DNA of 64,000 nucleotides from an uncultured Gammaproteobacteria bacterium (GTDB lineage Bacteria; Pseudomonadota; Gammaproteobacteria; CAWUKA01): NCBI GenBank assembly GCA_963922965.1, contig CAWUKA010000001.1, positions 3,990 to 67,989 of the forward strand, read 5' to 3'. Shown piece by piece: positions 63,973 to 64,000 of this stretch (position 1 is its first letter; each line of letters starts with the position of its first letter). The notes under the pieces were generated by a model. It saw only the letters and a program-made list of their open reading frames with translations, ran no database searches and was not told where the DNA came from. The position numbers and the translations under genes were made by a program.

Positions 63973-64000
63973 TGGTTAATGCGACACAGTTTATTGAGCT

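Overview
This window spans the chromosomal replication origin of a gammaproteobacterium whose core gene order resembles Pseudomonas. On the minus strand: parB, parA, rsmG, mnmG, an AT-rich single-gene insert, mnmE, yidC, yidD, rnpA, rpmH. An AT-rich oriC with DnaA boxes sits at about 10.26-10.73 kb. On the plus strand: dnaA and dnaN, then recF inverted onto the minus strand, then gyrB. The window continues with housekeeping genes: a LysE-type exporter, gmhB, a Com1/DsbA2-like oxidoreductase, queC, uvrD and dsbA. A GC-rich island at about 24.0-29.0 kb, between dsbA and cytochrome c4, carries three eukaryotic-like, effector-like genes: a membrane protein, an OTU-type deubiquitinase-like cysteine protease and a transmembrane RCC1-repeat beta-propeller protein. 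After engB come an OPT transporter, a NitT/TauT-type ABC importer with no binding-protein gene, an outer-membrane-factor plus split MacB/Lol-type ABC set with no membrane-fusion protein, and class II fba. From about 40.3 kb to the window end there is a glycan biosynthesis cluster of more than 23 kb. It contains two GT4 glycosyltransferases, two Fmt-like formyltransferases, a HAD hydrolase, a Nudix-like protein, a truncated LmbE deacetylase, two DegT aminotransferases, an SDR epimerase, a PtmE-like CBS-nucleotidyltransferase, the HisH/HisF/WbpG amidotransferase trio, a PseM-like methyltransferase, SpsF/PseF- and NeuA-type cytidylyltransferases, a PseB/LegB dehydratase, neuB-neuC-neuA, an ABC exporter and a frameshifted AAA ATPase. 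It ends with a PEP mutase-nucleotidyltransferase fusion, which is the signature of a phosphonate decoration pathway. No rRNA, tRNA, CRISPR array or transposase was recognised. The OTU and RCC1 effector-like genes, the Com1-like DsbA and the legionaminic-acid-type cluster together suggest a Legionellales-like intracellular or amoeba-associated organism; this is inference only.
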